Assembly (NCBI RefSeq): GCF_000372725.1
Contig: NW_005201269.1
Location: 186,001 to 250,000, forward strand
DNA: 64,000 nucleotides
Reading direction: 5' to 3'
DNA from: Emiliania huxleyi CCMP1516
Lineage: Eukaryota
The notes under the pieces are model-generated. The model saw only the letters and a program-made list of their open reading frames with translations, did not search any database and was not told the DNA's origin. Of the stretch, positions 62,498 through 64,000 are shown in pieces. How positions within the stretch are numbered: position 1 is the stretch's first letter; every line of letters begins with the position of its first letter. The position numbers and the translations under genes are program-made.

Positions 62498-63730
62498 ATG
62501 ATCCTCCGCCTGGTTGTCGTCGCTGCTTCACTCGTCGTCATCGGACTGCTCGTGCACGCCAACACGCTCGTCGGAAGCTCCCGCAACGCGCACCTGAGCG
62601 CGCTGCGGGCGGGCGGTCCCTCGGCCGTCGGCAGCAGCACCGCTGCCGCTGCCGCCAGCGAGAGCCCACAGGCCGCTGCCGCTGCCGCCAGCGAGAGCCC
62701 ACAAGCGGGTGCGGCGCAGCACTCGCAGCCAGCCAAAGCGTCGCACGTGACCGCCACCTCCGAGCCGGCGCAGCACGCGACGCCGCCGCTTGCGGCCACC
62801 ACTCCGCACGCCGAGGCGGCGCCGCAAGGGTGCCCGCCGACCCGGAAGCCGTACCACGTGGTGATGACGGCGGCGACGGGGATTTACCAGGAGTGGCAGT
62901 CTCGCATCGCGTACTACCACTACCTCAAGCAGAAGAAGGCGGGCGGTCCGTGTTCCGACATCGGCGGCTTCACGCGGCTGTTCAACTCGCCGAGCGCGGC
63001 GCCCGACAAGCTGATGGACGAGATGGTGATTGATTAGTGAATGGCCATGTGACATAATTAATGAGCAGGCGCCCGACAAGCTGATGGACGAGATCCCGAC
63101 GCTGGTGGTGAAGCAGCTTGGGCACGGGTCGTGCGACGAGTGCGACCACGGCATCATCGCGGTGAACCGGCCGTGGCGAGGTGTGAACAGCGTCTCTTCA
63201 CACCCACTGCTGTGAACAGGCTTCATCGTGATGAACCGGCCGTGGGGCGCCGTCCAGTTCGTAGAGACGGAGCACTTTCGCAATATCCCGGAGGAGCGCG
63301 CCTCTCCGACGCCTCTCTGCCGCCTCTCTGCCGCCTCTCTGCCTCTGCCGCCTCTCTGCCGCCTCTCTGCCGCCTCTCTGCCCCGCGCGAGAGCCGGAGG
63401 CAGCGACAGCGGCTCGGCCGCGGCACCGCGGGGGTTGGCTGTGTAGAGTACCCTTCTTCATCGAGAGAGACGCCGAGATCTACCCGAGATCTACCCGAGA
63501 TCTACCCGCGGTCTACCCGAGATCTGCCCGAGATCTACCCGAGGTCTACCCGAGATCTACCCGCGATCTACCCGCGATCTACCCGAGGTCTAGCCCGAGG
63601 TCTAGCCGAGAGATGGGTCGTAGGAGTACCTCTTCTTCATCGAGACGGACCACATGATGATGCGCCCGCCCCTCAACGGCGCCACCCCCGAGAAGCCGGT
63701 CGGCTTCGGCTTCTACTACATGACCTCGAC
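62498..63730 (+). CDS. HPAT: Hydroxyproline O-arabinosyltransferase-like (GT95) type II membrane protein; 3' end unresolved
   Basis: YHVVMTA..YQEWQSRI, IGGFTRL, PDKLMDEIPT, FIVMNRPWG, EYLFFIETDH and PVGFGFYYM assemble across three introns. Confidence 0.85.
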
Positions 63731-64000
63731 CCTAGAAGCCAAACACACACTGTCGTGTCCTCCCAACCAGCTCGAGAGGACACGGACTCCGCTGTGCTCG
63801 GCCGTCGTCCGCTGTACTCACTGCACTCGTGGCCCCTCGTCTTCACGCGGTGCTCTGGAGACACTGCACAGTGCCGTACTCCCGCCCCGACCTTGGTGTC
63901 TTCAGCACGCAGGCTGGTACGCCGCACAGCTGCTACCGCACCACCCACGGGACCGAACCCACACTGGATTCGTTACTCTGGAGGTATGGTGCACGCAGGA

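Overview
GC-rich, intron- and microsatellite-rich eukaryotic nuclear DNA, most likely a haptophyte such as Emiliania (Gephyrocapsa) huxleyi. The organism is inferred from frequent GC-AG introns, 10-11 bp intronic tandem repeats, multi-AP2 proteins and bipartite plastid presequences. There is an assembly gap at 32290-33117. Recognisable genes: a sulfotransferase-glycosyltransferase fusion that runs off the left edge and is missing from the ORF track, a tandem-C2 protein, a PsbP-like protein, a CS-domain protein, GSK3/shaggy kinase, a DEAH helicase, an MFS transporter, a UPF0126(Gly_transporter)-GcvR-like ACT fusion, a BSD protein, AP-2 alpha-adaptin, an organellar AsnRS, a phycodnavirus-like histone-fold gene, a crystallin/LamG-lipase, a triple-AP2 protein, a DUF285-Hint gene, a CS-HET-IQ membrane protein, PRKRIP1-like and HPAT-like genes. 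Mobile elements: a young non-autonomous LTR element with PBS, PPT and TSD, CRE-like LINE fragments, several TIR elements and a SINE-like family. The strongest unexplained signal is a recurrent intron architecture: a duplicated copy of the downstream exon start supplies a GC, GT or GA donor, a short insert supplies the acceptor, and the total is often about 70 nt. The same insert occurs in two unrelated genes, which suggests an active intron-generating process. All exon structures and domain calls were made by eye and are unverified by RNA data or database searches.
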